From an uncultured Actinomycetota bacterium (lineage in GTDB: Bacteria; Actinomycetota; Actinomycetes; Propionibacteriales; Propionibacteriaceae), in assembly GCA_963723605.1 (NCBI GenBank), contig CAVRRM010000011.1:23367-87366 (forward strand): DNA of 64,000 nt. Reading direction: 5' to 3'. A program made the translations under genes and the position numbers. Below, in pieces: positions 11,703 through 21,111 of the stretch. The notes below the pieces were generated by a model. The model ran no database searches. It worked only from the letters and a program-made list of their open reading frames with translations, and was not told the DNA's origin. Within the stretch, counting starts at the first letter, position 1; every line of letters begins with the position of its first letter.

Positions 11703-11888
11703 ATGCCCAATCTGGGTGGCTGGGAATGGGTGATCATCGCCGTCGTGGCGCTGATCCTGTTCGGAGGGGCCAGGCTGGCCAACTTCGGCAAGAACGCCGG
11801 CAAGGCGATCAAGGACTTCAAGGTGGAGACCCAGTCGGTAGGCATCACCCCGGTCAGCGATCCGGTGGCGGACGAGTCCAAGGCCTGA
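11703..11888 (+). CDS. tatA: Twin-arginine translocase TatA/TatE subunit
   Basis: MPNLGGWEWVIIAVVALILFG transmembrane helix followed by an amphipathic helix (GKAIKDFK); GAGG ribosome-binding site. Confidence 0.85.
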   Translation: MPNLGGWEWVIIAVVALILFGGARLANFGKNAGKAIKDFKVETQSVGITPVSDPVADESKA

Positions 11889-11910
11889 TTCGCCGGTCGA
11901 AGGGTGTGCT

Positions 11911-12945
11911 GTGAGCACCGCCAAACAGCCCGGCCGACGGGTCACCATCAGTGACATCGCCGAGCGGGCAGGGGTCTCCATCGGCGCGGTTTCGTTCGCG
12001 CTGAACGGCCGCAAGGGGGTTTCGGACGAAACCCGGGAACGGGTCCTCAGGGTGGCCCGCGAACTCAACTGGGCACCCGGCAGCGCCGCACGCTCGCTCG
12101 CCGAGGCGAAGACCGACACCTACGGTCTGGTGCTGGCCCGCGACCCGCAGACGCTGGGCATGGAGCCGTTCTACATGCGCTTCCTGGCCGGGGTCGAGGC
12201 CGAGCTGTCCACCCGGTCCAGCGGTCTGCTGCTCCAGGTGGTCGCGTCCCCGGCCGACGAACTCGAGACTCTCAAGCACTGGCACGCTGCCCGCCGGGTG
12301 GATGGCGTTCTGCTGGTCGACGTCACCGTGGACGACCCGCGGGTGGCCTGGTGCAGCGGCCCCTCCGCGCTGCCGGCCGTGGTGGTGGCCGACCCTAGCG
12401 TGGCCGGTGACCTGACCTGCGTCTGGACCGACGACGCCACCTCGATGCGGCAGGCGATCACCCACCTCGTCGAGTTGGGTCACCGCCGGATCGGACGGGT
12501 GGCCGGGGTGCAGGCCTACGTGCACACCCGGATCCGTGATTCCGCGTTCCTGGCCATCACCCAACAGTTGGGTGTCGAGGCTCAGTTGCTGCGCACCGAT
12601 TACGCGCCCGAGTCCGGACGCCGGGCCACCCTCAAGGCGCTTCGTTCGAAGACCCCGCCGACCGCGCTGATCTACGACAACGACGTGATGGCCGTCGCCG
12701 GGTTGGGCCTGGCGTCCGAGCTGGGGCTGAGTGTGCCCGGCGACCTGTCGATCATCGCGTGGGACGACTCGGTGTTCTGTGAGCACACCTTCCCGACCCT
12801 GACCGCCCTCAGCCACGACGTGCTCGCGTTCGGCTCGCACGCTGCCCGCCGGCTGTTCGACGTGATCGCCGGAGCTCCCTCCGGGCATTTCCTCGACTCG
12901 ACCCCGACCCTGATCATCCGCGGTTCCAGCGGGCCGGCCGGCTGA
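11911..12945 (+). CDS. LacI-family transcriptional regulator
   Basis: VTISDIAERAGVSIGAVSFALN helix-turn-helix and VPGDLSIIAWDDS. Confidence 0.95.
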   Translation: MSTAKQPGRRVTISDIAERAGVSIGAVSFALNGRKGVSDETRERVLRVARELNWAPGSAARSLAEAKTDTYGLVLARDPQTLGMEPFYMRFLAGVEAELSTRSSGLLLQVVASPADELETLKHWHAARRVDGVLLVDVTVDDPRVAWCSGPSALPAVVVADPSVAGDLTCVWTDDATSMRQAITHLVELGHRRIGRVAGVQAYVHTRIRDSAFLAITQQLGVEAQLLRTDYAPESGRRATLKALRSKTPPTALIYDNDVMAVAGLGLASELGLSVPGDLSIIAWDDSVFCEHTFPTLTALSHDVLAFGSHAARRLFDVIAGAPSGHFLDSTPTLIIRGSSGPAG

Positions 12946-12964
12946 CCATGCATTCGGAGGAATT

Positions 12965-15082
12965 GTGCTGACCGCCGCCCCGTCCGAATCAGCCTCGGGC
13001 AAGTTGTCGCTGCTGGCCGTCGACGCCGGCCAGACCGGGATCAGGGTTCGTAGCCGGCACCCGCGCTACTTCGAGCAGACCTTTCCCGGCGCCATCACCA
13101 GCCGGCCGTTGCTGCCCCAACTGGCCGACGTGGTGGTGTCGGCAGCGCAACTGGCCGGCCGCGCCTTTCCGGTGGTGGTGATCGGCACCACCGGGTTGAC
13201 CGAGATCGACAACGATCCACGACTGTTGCTCGAGTTGTGCCGCGAGGCGGGCACCACCGAGGTACGGCTGGCGCACGACTCGGTGACCTCGTACCTGGCC
13301 GCCCTTGGCCTCGATCCAGGGGTGGTGGTGGCCGCCGGCACCGGGGTGGTCACCCTCGGTGTGGGGGCGACCGGAACCGCCCGGGTGGACGGCTGGGGCT
13401 ACCTGCTCGGCGATGCGGGCAGCGGCTACTGGCTCGGCCGGGCCGGGTTGGACCATGCCCTTCGCGCCTTCGACGGTCGGGGCCAGGCGACCGCATTGAC
13501 GGCGGTGCTGCTCGATGCGTTCCCCCGTCCGGAAGAGGCCTACATCGACCTGCAGACCGACCCCGACAAAGTGCGCCGGGTGGCCGTCTTCGCCCGCGCT
13601 GTGTGCGACCTGGCCGCCACGGACGAGGTCGCCGCCGCGATCTGCCGGCAGGCGGGGGAGGAGCTGGCCCAGTCGGCCGCGGCCGCTGCGGCCAGGGTCG
13701 ACCTGGGCGCCAACCCGCGGGTCTGCCTGATCGGCGGGGTGTTCGGGGCCGACGCAGTTCGGAAAGCCTGCGTCACGTCGCTGCGCCGGCGGTTGCCGGA
13801 TGTCCGGCTGCTCGAGCCGCTGGGGGAGGGCATCGACGGCGCCGAGGAGTTGGCCCGGGTGGGCGATGACCATCCGCTGGCGGGGCAGGTGGCTCGCGCG
13901 TCGCATCGGTTGCCGCATGCCCTGTTCCGGGTCGAAGCGCCGCTGCGGGACTACGCGTGGGGGTCGTTGACCGACATTCCGGAGCTGCTCGGCCGGCCGC
14001 CGGACGGACGTCCGCAGGCCGAGTTGTGGCTGGGGGCCCACCCGGCTGCCCCGGCCACGGTGGACGGCGTGGGCCTGGACGAGCTGCTGGCGAGCCACCC
14101 GGAACCGGCCGGCGGGTCGCTGCCGTTCCTGATGAAGGTGCTGGCCGCCGGCCGTCCGCTGTCGCTGCAGGTGCACCCCGATCGCCACCAGGCCGAGGTC
14201 GGCTTCGAGCGCGAGAACGCCGCCGGGCTGGCCGTGGGCGACCCCCGCCGCAGTTACGCCGATCCTGAGCACAAACCGGAGATGATCGTGGCGATCACCC
14301 CGTTCGTGGCGCTGACCGGGTTCCGGGCTCCGGTCGATGCCGCCCGCGACCTGGCCGAGCTGACCGATCCCGGCTCCGCCGTGGCCGCCGAACTGCTCGG
14401 CCTGCTCCGATCGCACGACCGGCGGGCCGCACTGCGGGATGGCTTCAAGCTGATTCTGTCCGGACGTCCGGAGGTCCGGGAACTCGCCGCCGCGGTGGTC
14501 GCGGCCGCTTCGACCCACCCGGGCCGGTACGCCGACACCGTTCGCCGGGCCGGCGACTACGGCGACGATCCGGGGGTGCTGGCGGCGGCACTGCTGAACC
14601 GGGTCGATCTCCAACCGGGTGAGGCCGTCTACCTGGCCGCGGGCAACGTGCACGCCTACTTGCAGGGCCTGGGCATCGAGGCCATGGCACCGTCCGACAA
14701 CGTGCTGCGCGGCGGTTTGACGCCCAAGCACATCGACGTGTCGGGTCTGCTCGAAATCGTCAGCTTCGCGACGTCGGAGCCCGAACGGGTGGCCGCCGTC
14801 ACGACCGAGGACAAAGGCATATCCATCGCCAGCTGGTGGCCACCGGCCGAAGAGTTCTCGGTGCACCGGATCACCGGCGTCGGCGGGCCCCGTGAGCTGG
14901 CCGGCAGCGGACCGGCCATGCTGATCGTCACCGAAGGCAGCCTCGAGCTGGCTTCGGGCGGCGAGCGGCTCACCTTGGAGCGGGGTCAGAGCGCCTTCCA
15001 CGCCGGCGGCCGGGCGCTCAGCGTCAGTGCGCCTGAAGGCACGGTGACCGCCTACCTGACCACTCTAGGACGGCCCGGCTGA
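12965..15082 (+). CDS. Fusion of a BadF/BadG-type (NagK-like) sugar kinase and a class I mannose-6-phosphate isomerase
   Basis: N-terminal half: VDAGQT, AHDS, AAGTG, DGWGYLLGDAGSGYWLG. C-terminal half: YAWG, ELWLGAHP, LSLQVHP, HKPE, HAYLQG, SDNVLRGGLTPKHID. One continuous ORF. Confidence 0.85.
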   Translation: MLTAAPSESASGKLSLLAVDAGQTGIRVRSRHPRYFEQTFPGAITSRPLLPQLADVVVSAAQLAGRAFPVVVIGTTGLTEIDNDPRLLLELCREAGTTEVRLAHDSVTSYLAALGLDPGVVVAAGTGVVTLGVGATGTARVDGWGYLLGDAGSGYWLGRAGLDHALRAFDGRGQATALTAVLLDAFPRPEEAYIDLQTDPDKVRRVAVFARAVCDLAATDEVAAAICRQAGEELAQSAAAAAARVDLGANPRVCLIGGVFGADAVRKACVTSLRRRLPDVRLLEPLGEGIDGAEELARVGDDHPLAGQVARASHRLPHALFRVEAPLRDYAWGSLTDIPELLGRPPDGRPQAELWLGAHPAAPATVDGVGLDELLASHPEPAGGSLPFLMKVLAAGRPLSLQVHPDRHQAEVGFERENAAGLAVGDPRRSYADPEHKPEMIVAITPFVALTGFRAPVDAARDLAELTDPGSAVAAELLGLLRSHDRRAALRDGFKLILSGRPEVRELAAAVVAAASTHPGRYADTVRRAGDYGDDPGVLAAALLNRVDLQPGEAVYLAAGNVHAYLQGLGIEAMAPSDNVLRGGLTPKHIDVSGLLEIVSFATSEPERVAAVTTEDKGISIASWWPPAEEFSVHRITGVGGPRELAGSGPAMLIVTEGSLELASGGERLTLERGQSAFHAGGRALSVSAPEGTVTAYLTTLGRPG

Positions 15083-15085
15083 ACC

Positions 15086-16261
15086 TCAGCTGGTGGGGGC
15101 GATCCGCGCGGTGCGGCGACCGACCAGGCCGATGGTGACTCCGCCGGCGGTGATCAGCACGGCGCAACTGAGAAAGACCGCCGGATAACCGAACGGCGTG
15201 CCGGCCAGGCCGATCAGTGGGCCGGTCAGAATGTTGGCCACCCGGCGGGTGTTGCCGAACGTGCCGGTGGCCAGTCCTGGGCCGGCGATGATGTGTTGGA
15301 AGAGCGCCATCCCGATGCCCGACAGCACGGCGACGAAGATCGCATTGAGCACCTGCAACGACAGGATCTGCCAGGGTTCGCGGGCGAAGGCCATGCCGAC
15401 GACATAGCCGAGACCGGCCAGGCAACCGAACATCATCAGCCCGGTCAACGAGAACCGCTCGCTGAGCCGGCCGAGCCAGACCAGCGCCGGAATCTCCAAC
15501 GCGGCGGCCAGGCTGAGCGCCAGTCCGGCCCACAGCAGCGGCAACCCGAGGCCTTCGCCGACGAACAGGATGAGCACGGCCGTGGTGGCGCTGTTGGTGG
15601 CCTGGATCAGCACGAACGCGACGATGATGACAGCCAGACCGAGCCGGGTGGGTCGATGCACCACCGGAGCAGGTGCCACGACCACCGGCTGATCGTCGCC
15701 GGCGGCGCGGCGGCGGGTCTGCCGGATCAACGCCAGGGTGGTGCCGACGCTGAGCAACCCGAGGCCGGCCAGCGCGATCAGGATCGACCGGTCGCCGAAC
15801 CATCCGATCAACGCGGTGGCGATCGGTGGGCCGGCCACCCACGAGAACGAGTAGACCGCCCGGTTGTTCATCAGCTCGGCGGTGCCGGCGCCGCCGTGCA
15901 CCAGCTGGGCGAAGATCAGCGAAACCCCGACGCCGGCCGGCGCGCCGAAGACGATCAGGGCCACCGTCGCCCAGGGCAGGCTGGTCGCGAGCGCGAGCGA
16001 GATGGCCAACAGCACGGTCAGCGCCGCCGCGGCGAGCATCGGCCACAGGTACTCGCGGCGTCGGTCCGCCCACGCCGGCACCACCAGTGCCACCACGAAT
16101 CCGGCTGCGTTGTAGATCGCCAGGGTCCAGCCCACCTCGCCCGGGGTGGCCCCGTACAGACTGACCAGGATCAGCGCCAGCGACGGACTGAGGAACGAGA
16201 ACTGGAGGCCCCACAGCAGCGAGGTCAGGGGGAGCAGCGGCCGCCGCAGTATGGATCTCAA
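15086..16261 (-). CDS. MFS transporter, sugar-efflux (SET-like) family
   Basis: About 12 hydrophobic segments; FSWVAGPP and AAALEIP motifs. Start is approximate. Confidence 0.8.
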   Translation of the reverse strand: MRSILRRPLLPLTSLLWGLQFSFLSPSLALILVSLYGATPGEVGWTLAIYNAAGFVVALVVPAWADRRREYLWPMLAAAALTVLLAISLALATSLPWATVALIVFGAPAGVGVSLIFAQLVHGGAGTAELMNNRAVYSFSWVAGPPIATALIGWFGDRSILIALAGLGLLSVGTTLALIRQTRRRAAGDDQPVVVAPAPVVHRPTRLGLAVIIVAFVLIQATNSATTAVLILFVGEGLGLPLLWAGLALSLAAALEIPALVWLGRLSERFSLTGLMMFGCLAGLGYVVGMAFAREPWQILSLQVLNAIFVAVLSGIGMALFQHIIAGPGLATGTFGNTRRVANILTGPLIGLAGTPFGYPAVFLSCAVLITAGGVTIGLVGRRTARIAPTS

Positions 16262-16344
16262 CGCTGACCGGCCCCCGTGCGTTCGTTCACCTGTGCAGCC
16301 TACGGATCCCACCGGGATCCCGGCAGGCACTCTCATTACCCCCG

Positions 16345-16420
16345 TTGATCGGGCTTGTCGAAATCGTTGGTCTCGGCCGGCTCGACCGGCGGTGGTCTCG
16401 ACCCGCTCGACCGGCGGTCA
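16345..16420. repeat. REP-like palindromic repeat cluster
   Basis: GGGCTTGTCGAAATC followed by two TGGTCTCG...GCTCGACCGGCGG copies; same family as the 35931, 43191, 47921 and 62038 clusters. Confidence 0.6.
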
Positions 16421-17836
16421 GTCCAGGGGGAGCCGGACCAGGATCCGGGTGTCGCCCGGCTCCGACTCGATGGTGATGCTGCCCCCGTGCCGCTCGACCA
16501 CGACCCGGCGGGCGATGTCCAGCCCCAGCCCGGTTCCCCGGCCGACCTCCTTGGTGGTGAAGAAGGGCTCGAAGGCGCGGGCGGCAACCGGGCCAGGCAT
16601 GCCGGGTCCGGAGTCACCGATCTCGACCACCAGCTGTCCGTCGACCACGCCGGTGCGGACCCGCAGAATCCCATCGCCGTCCATCGCGTCCAGGGCGTTG
16701 TCGATCAGGTTGGTCCAGACCTGGTTGAGTTCGCCGGGGTACCCCTCCAGCTCGGGGAGCTCTGGTGCGTAGCTGCGCTCGACGGTGACGCCCTGCAGCT
16801 TGTGGCCGAGCATCACCAGGGTCGAGTCGAGGCCCTCGGTGACCCGGACGCGCTGGCGCGACGCCCGGTCGAGCTGGGAGTAGGACCGCATCGCCGCGAC
16901 CAGTTCGAAGATCCGGTGGGTCGACTCCTTGACCTCGCCGAGCAACTGACGCACCTCGGCGGTGCTCGCCACCCAATGCAGCGCCGGCTCGAGGTCGGCC
17001 CCCGGCAGCACGCTCTCCACCCGCGCGCACCACTCCGGATCGGCACCGGCGTTGGTCAGCGCGCCGGCCAGCAGCCAGGGATCCCGGACCACACCATGGT
17101 CGCGCAACCAGTCCAGCAGGGAGTCCTCGCGGTCGGCCCGATCGAGGGCGTCGAGAGCTGCCGGGGCAGGTTCGAGGGAGGTCCGGAGCCGGTCCAGGTC
17201 GCTGAATTGGGCGGCCGAGATGTCGTTGCGGGACAACCAGCCAAGAGACTCCAGCACCGACCGGCTGGCCGCCTCCAGCGAGTCGGCGGCCCGGGTGGCG
17301 GCTGCGGCCGGATTGTTCAGCTCGTGCGCCAGCCCGGCCGCCAGGGTGCCGAGGGTGATCAGCGAACTGCGTTGTCGCGCCGTGGATTCGATGGATCGGG
17401 CGGTGTGGTACAGGCCACCGATCAGGTGCGCCCCGAAGGGTGACCAGGCGGCGAACCGCTCGCGCAGCACGTCGGCAGGCAGCCGGAACACCTCGCCGGG
17501 CCGGGAACCCCGTCCGGTGGCCAGATAGGTGCCGGCATCGTCCCACGCCCGGAACCCGCCTGCCCAACGGCCGGGAACGTCCATGTGCGCCACGACCGCA
17601 TCCTCGCGGCCGACGTGCCGGATCAGATCGATGGTGCCGCTCAGCAGAACCCACCAGTATTCGGCCGGCTGACCCTCGGCGAACAGCACGGCGCCCGGCT
17701 CGATCGCGAACACCTGCCCGGCTGCCGCCAGGTCGTCCAGTTGCTCATCGCTCAGGCCGGCGAACAGCGCGAGGGGCCGCAACTGGTCGGGGCTGGGCCG
17801 ACGGGAACCGTCCGCCGGAACGCCTTCCGCCGTCAT
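16418..17836 (-). CDS. Cytoplasmic sensor histidine kinase with N-terminal cyclic-nucleotide-binding domain
   Basis: LFAGLSDEQL...LFAEGQPAE cNMP-like domain; H-box AHELNNP, N-box NLIDNA, DSGPG, FFTTK, GTGLGL. Confidence 0.9.
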   Translation of the reverse strand: MTAEGVPADGSRRPSPDQLRPLALFAGLSDEQLDDLAAAGQVFAIEPGAVLFAEGQPAEYWWVLLSGTIDLIRHVGREDAVVAHMDVPGRWAGGFRAWDDAGTYLATGRGSRPGEVFRLPADVLRERFAAWSPFGAHLIGGLYHTARSIESTARQRSSLITLGTLAAGLAHELNNPAAAATRAADSLEAASRSVLESLGWLSRNDISAAQFSDLDRLRTSLEPAPAALDALDRADREDSLLDWLRDHGVVRDPWLLAGALTNAGADPEWCARVESVLPGADLEPALHWVASTAEVRQLLGEVKESTHRIFELVAAMRSYSQLDRASRQRVRVTEGLDSTLVMLGHKLQGVTVERSYAPELPELEGYPGELNQVWTNLIDNALDAMDGDGILRVRTGVVDGQLVVEIGDSGPGMPGPVAARAFEPFFTTKEVGRGTGLGLDIARRVVVERHGGSITIESEPGDTRILVRLPLD

Positions 17837-17837
17837 C

Positions 17838-19487
17838 TCAGTTCTCCGCCAGGAAGCGGTGCACGAAGTAGACCGACATGGCACCTTCGCCAACGGCGGA
17901 CGCGACCCGCTTCATCGAATCCAGTCGCACGTCGCCGGCGGCGAAGACGCCCGGCACGCTGGTCTCGAGGGCGTGCGGGGGACGAGGGGCGGACCAACGA
18001 TCCGCGCCGACCAGATCGGGGCCGGTGATCACAAATCCGTGCTGATCACGGGCGACGGCATTGCCCAGCCACTCGGCCCTGGGGGCGGCGCCGATGAACA
18101 CGAACAGCCAGTCGGTCTCGACGGTCTCGGTGGCCCCGGAGTCCCGGTCACGCAGCGTCAGTGCCTGCAGGTGCCCTTGGCCGTCCGCCGCAGCCACTTC
18201 GGTGCGGTATCGGACGGTGATTGCGGGCGAGGTGGTGATCCTGGTGACCAGGTACTGCGACATGGTCTCCTCCAGGGAGGCGCCACGGACCAGCAATACC
18301 ACGTGCCTGGCATGCGCGGCGAAGTTGAGCGCCGCCTGGCCGGCCGAGTTCGCCGCGCCGACCAGGTAGACCACGTCGCCGGCGGTCTGGGTGGCCTCGG
18401 CGGCGGTGGCGCCGTAATAGATGCCGCGACCGGTGAGTTCGGAAGTGCCGGGCGCCCCCAGGGTGCGGTAGGACACCCCACTGGCGACGATCACCGAGCG
18501 GGCCTCGATCTCACCCTGGTCGCCGAGCCGCACCGCCCGGACAGGTCCTCGGACGTCCAGTCCGGTGACCTCTCGGGCAACCACCAGTTCGGCGCCGAAC
18601 CGGGCCGCCTGGGCGATCGCCCGCTGGGTCAGGTCGGCTCCGCTCAGCCCTTTGGGAAAGCCCAGGTAATTCTCGATGGCGGCGCTCTGGCCGGCCTGCC
18701 CGCCGGGTGCGTGCCGCTCGACGACCACCGTGTCCAGCCCTTCCGACGCGGCATAGACCGCCGCGGCCAGCCCGGCCGGACCGCCACCGACGATGCACAC
18801 GTCGTAGAGCGGTCGGCTGGCCGTGGTGCGCAGGCCCAGGGCGGTGGCCAGCTCGACCGGCTCCGGGTTGCGGAGGGTGGGCCCGGACGGCAGCAGCACC
18901 AGCGGCAAGCCGTCGGCATCGGCCTCGGCGAGTTGTTGCAGCCGGGCGCCTTCCTCGTCCTTCTCGACGTCGTACCAGCGGTAGGGCACGTAGTTGCGGG
19001 TCAGGAAGAGCTTCAGCTCGTGGGCGCGATCAGACCAACGGGTGCCGACCAGCCGTACTTCGGAGGTGACGTCGGGATGCCCGGCGCGCCAGTCGCCGAG
19101 CAGGTCGTCCACCACCGGGTAGAGCCGTTCGGCGGGAGGGTCCCACGGCTTCATCAGGTAGTAGTCCAGGCCGATGTCGTTGATCGCGGTGATCGCGACA
19201 TCGGTGTCGGCATAGGCGGTCAGCAGTAGCAGCTTGGCGTCGGGGGCGTGCTCGCGCGACCGGGCGAGCAGCTCGGTGCCGGTCATCCGCGGCATCCGCT
19301 GGTCGGAGACGATCAACGCCACCGGTTCGTCGCGCAGGGCCAGCCGGGTCAGTACGTCCAGGGCTTCGGCTCCCGAAGTGGCCCCGATCACCCGGTAGTC
19401 CTCGGCGTAGCGGGCAGCCAGATCCCGGCGGACCGCGGCCGCGACGCCTGGGTCGTCGTCCACGGTCAGGATCACGGGTCGAGACAT
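17838..19487 (-). CDS. Response-regulator receiver domain fused to a thioredoxin-reductase-like FAD oxidoreductase
   Basis: VDDD, SDQRMP, LTAY, KPW (REC domain); GGGPAG, IENYLGFP, GVFAAGD (TrxB fold). Confidence 0.9.
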   Translation of the reverse strand: MSRPVILTVDDDPGVAAAVRRDLAARYAEDYRVIGATSGAEALDVLTRLALRDEPVALIVSDQRMPRMTGTELLARSREHAPDAKLLLLTAYADTDVAITAINDIGLDYYLMKPWDPPAERLYPVVDDLLGDWRAGHPDVTSEVRLVGTRWSDRAHELKLFLTRNYVPYRWYDVEKDEEGARLQQLAEADADGLPLVLLPSGPTLRNPEPVELATALGLRTTASRPLYDVCIVGGGPAGLAAAVYAASEGLDTVVVERHAPGGQAGQSAAIENYLGFPKGLSGADLTQRAIAQAARFGAELVVAREVTGLDVRGPVRAVRLGDQGEIEARSVIVASGVSYRTLGAPGTSELTGRGIYYGATAAEATQTAGDVVYLVGAANSAGQAALNFAAHARHVVLLVRGASLEETMSQYLVTRITTSPAITVRYRTEVAAADGQGHLQALTLRDRDSGATETVETDWLFVFIGAAPRAEWLGNAVARDQHGFVITGPDLVGADRWSAPRPPHALETSVPGVFAAGDVRLDSMKRVASAVGEGAMSVYFVHRFLAEN

Positions 19488-19741
19488 GAACGGACGCCTC
19501 CCTGTCGAACCCGGCGACGCCCCCGTCACGGCCACCGGATTGTGTCGAGCCTAGTCGGACGCCCGGCCGGTTCGCCAGCAATCGCCTGAGCGCGACGACG
19601 GGTTGATCCGGGCGAGGTGGGAACGCCGTGGAGCTGGACCGGACCACTCGATCGGTGGTCACAATGTCAGCCGGGGAACCACTCGGGAGACCCGGACCCG
19701 CCGAACTCCTTCGTGGTCCGCAGGACCGGACGGTCGTCGGC

Positions 19742-20488
19742 TCACCGCTTAACGGCCTGCTCGATCGCGGCCCTGGCCGGCACCATCGCGGGTCCGTACC
19801 AGGACAGCGCCCGGCCCGGTACCAGGGCAGCGGCAACCCCAGCAAGCGCCTCCGGGCCGTCGTCCGCCGAGAAGGCATACGGTTCGTCCGGCAGCAGCAC
19901 GAGTTCCGGAGCCAGCGCCAGCACGTCGGCCAGCGCGAGCTTCGGGTAGCGCGGTTCAGTGATCACGTTGACCAGTCCGGTCCGGCGCAACACATCGTCG
20001 ATGTAGGTGGCCGAGCCGACCCAGAACCAGGGCTTGCGCCAGATCGGCACCGCCACCCGTCGACCGGCCGCCACCGGCGGACGGCTCCAGACCTCGTCCG
20101 CGCGGTCCAGCCAAGGCACGTCGCTGACGTCCAGAGCCTCGGTGAACAGGCGGCGCAAGCTGGCCAGCGCATCAGCGACCGTGTCGATCCGGGTCACCCA
20201 CACGGCAATGCCGCGCGCCCGCAACCGGTCCACGTCCAACCGTCGGTTCTCCTCCTGGTTGGCCACCACCAAATCGGGCAACAGGTCGGCGATGGCCTGC
20301 AGGTTCGGATTCTTGGTGCCTCTGACGCGGGTGACGTCGAGGTCGGCGGGATGGCTGCACCAGTCCGTGGCGCCGACCAGCAACTCTGGTGTCGTCACCG
20401 CGATCGCCTCGGTCAGTGACGGCACCAGGGAGATCACCCGGCGCGGGGGGTTGGCCAGCGGCACCTCGGCGCCCAGGTCGTCACGCAT
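19742..20488 (-). CDS. Helical-backbone metal receptor (BtuF-like binding domain) with no signal peptide
   Basis: RRVISLVPSLTE, GTKNP, PDLVVANQEEN, PDEPY, SWYG. Confidence 0.8.
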   Translation of the reverse strand: MRDDLGAEVPLANPPRRVISLVPSLTEAIAVTTPELLVGATDWCSHPADLDVTRVRGTKNPNLQAIADLLPDLVVANQEENRRLDVDRLRARGIAVWVTRIDTVADALASLRRLFTEALDVSDVPWLDRADEVWSRPPVAAGRRVAVPIWRKPWFWVGSATYIDDVLRRTGLVNVITEPRYPKLALADVLALAPELVLLPDEPYAFSADDGPEALAGVAAALVPGRALSWYGPAMVPARAAIEQAVKR

Positions 20489-20518
20489 GCGTCCATACTG
20501 TCGCCCCTGGAGCACGAA

Positions 20519-20547
20519 AGACCCGTCCGGAGGATCCGGACGGGTCT
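20519..20547 (-). terminator. Hairpin terminator downstream of the SHOCT gene
   Basis: AGACCCGTCCGGA-GGA-TCCGGACGGGTCT, a 13-bp perfect stem. Confidence 0.65.
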
Positions 20548-20571
20548 GGTGTCGGGGACTCGGGGCGTCAG

Positions 20572-20958
20572 TCAGCTGAGCGCCTTGGCCTTCAGCTTCT
20601 CGTACTCGTCGGCGGTGATGGTGCCGGCGTCGAGCAGGGCCTTGGCCTTGTTGATCTCGTCGGTGGGGCTGGCGGCGACCGAGCGGATGTACTCGTCCGT
20701 GGCGGCCTTGGACTCCTTGACCTGCTGCTGGGCCCGTTCGGTCATGCCACCGCCGCGGGCGATCAGGTAGATCAGCGCGGTGACGAACGGCAGGAAGATC
20801 AGGCCGGCGATCCACAGGGCCTTCCAACTACCACTGAGCTGGTGGTCGCGGAACAGGTCGCCGATGATCGCGAAGATGGCGAACAGGTAGGAGATGAAGA
20901 TGATGATGGTCAGCGTGTACCAGATGATGCTGCCGAGGTTGGACCAGAATTCGGGCAC
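20572..20958 (-). CDS. PLDc_N + SHOCT domain membrane protein
   Basis: DLFRDHQLSGSWKALW; C-terminal KAKALLDAGTITADEYEKLKAKAL. Confidence 0.85.
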   Translation of the reverse strand: MPEFWSNLGSIIWYTLTIIIFISYLFAIFAIIGDLFRDHQLSGSWKALWIAGLIFLPFVTALIYLIARGGGMTERAQQQVKESKAATDEYIRSVAASPTDEINKAKALLDAGTITADEYEKLKAKALS

Positions 20959-21111
20959 GTCTCGCCTTTCGGGGAAGGCCTCCGAACGGTGTCGGAAGCT
21001 GCGATCAGCCTAGTGACGCGCGCGTGCCATCGACCGCTGCGCCGCGCGTTTTGAACAGGTGAGTCGCCGCGGCGGTAATGTCCAGGATTCCCTGACGATC
21101 GGATCGCAAGC

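Noticed and set aside
9578-11881. Long antisense and alternative-frame ORFs (also 12989-15001, 38920-40410, 42525-44321 and others)
   Set aside because: Typical high-GC shadow ORFs overlapping well-supported genes, with no recognisable motifs.
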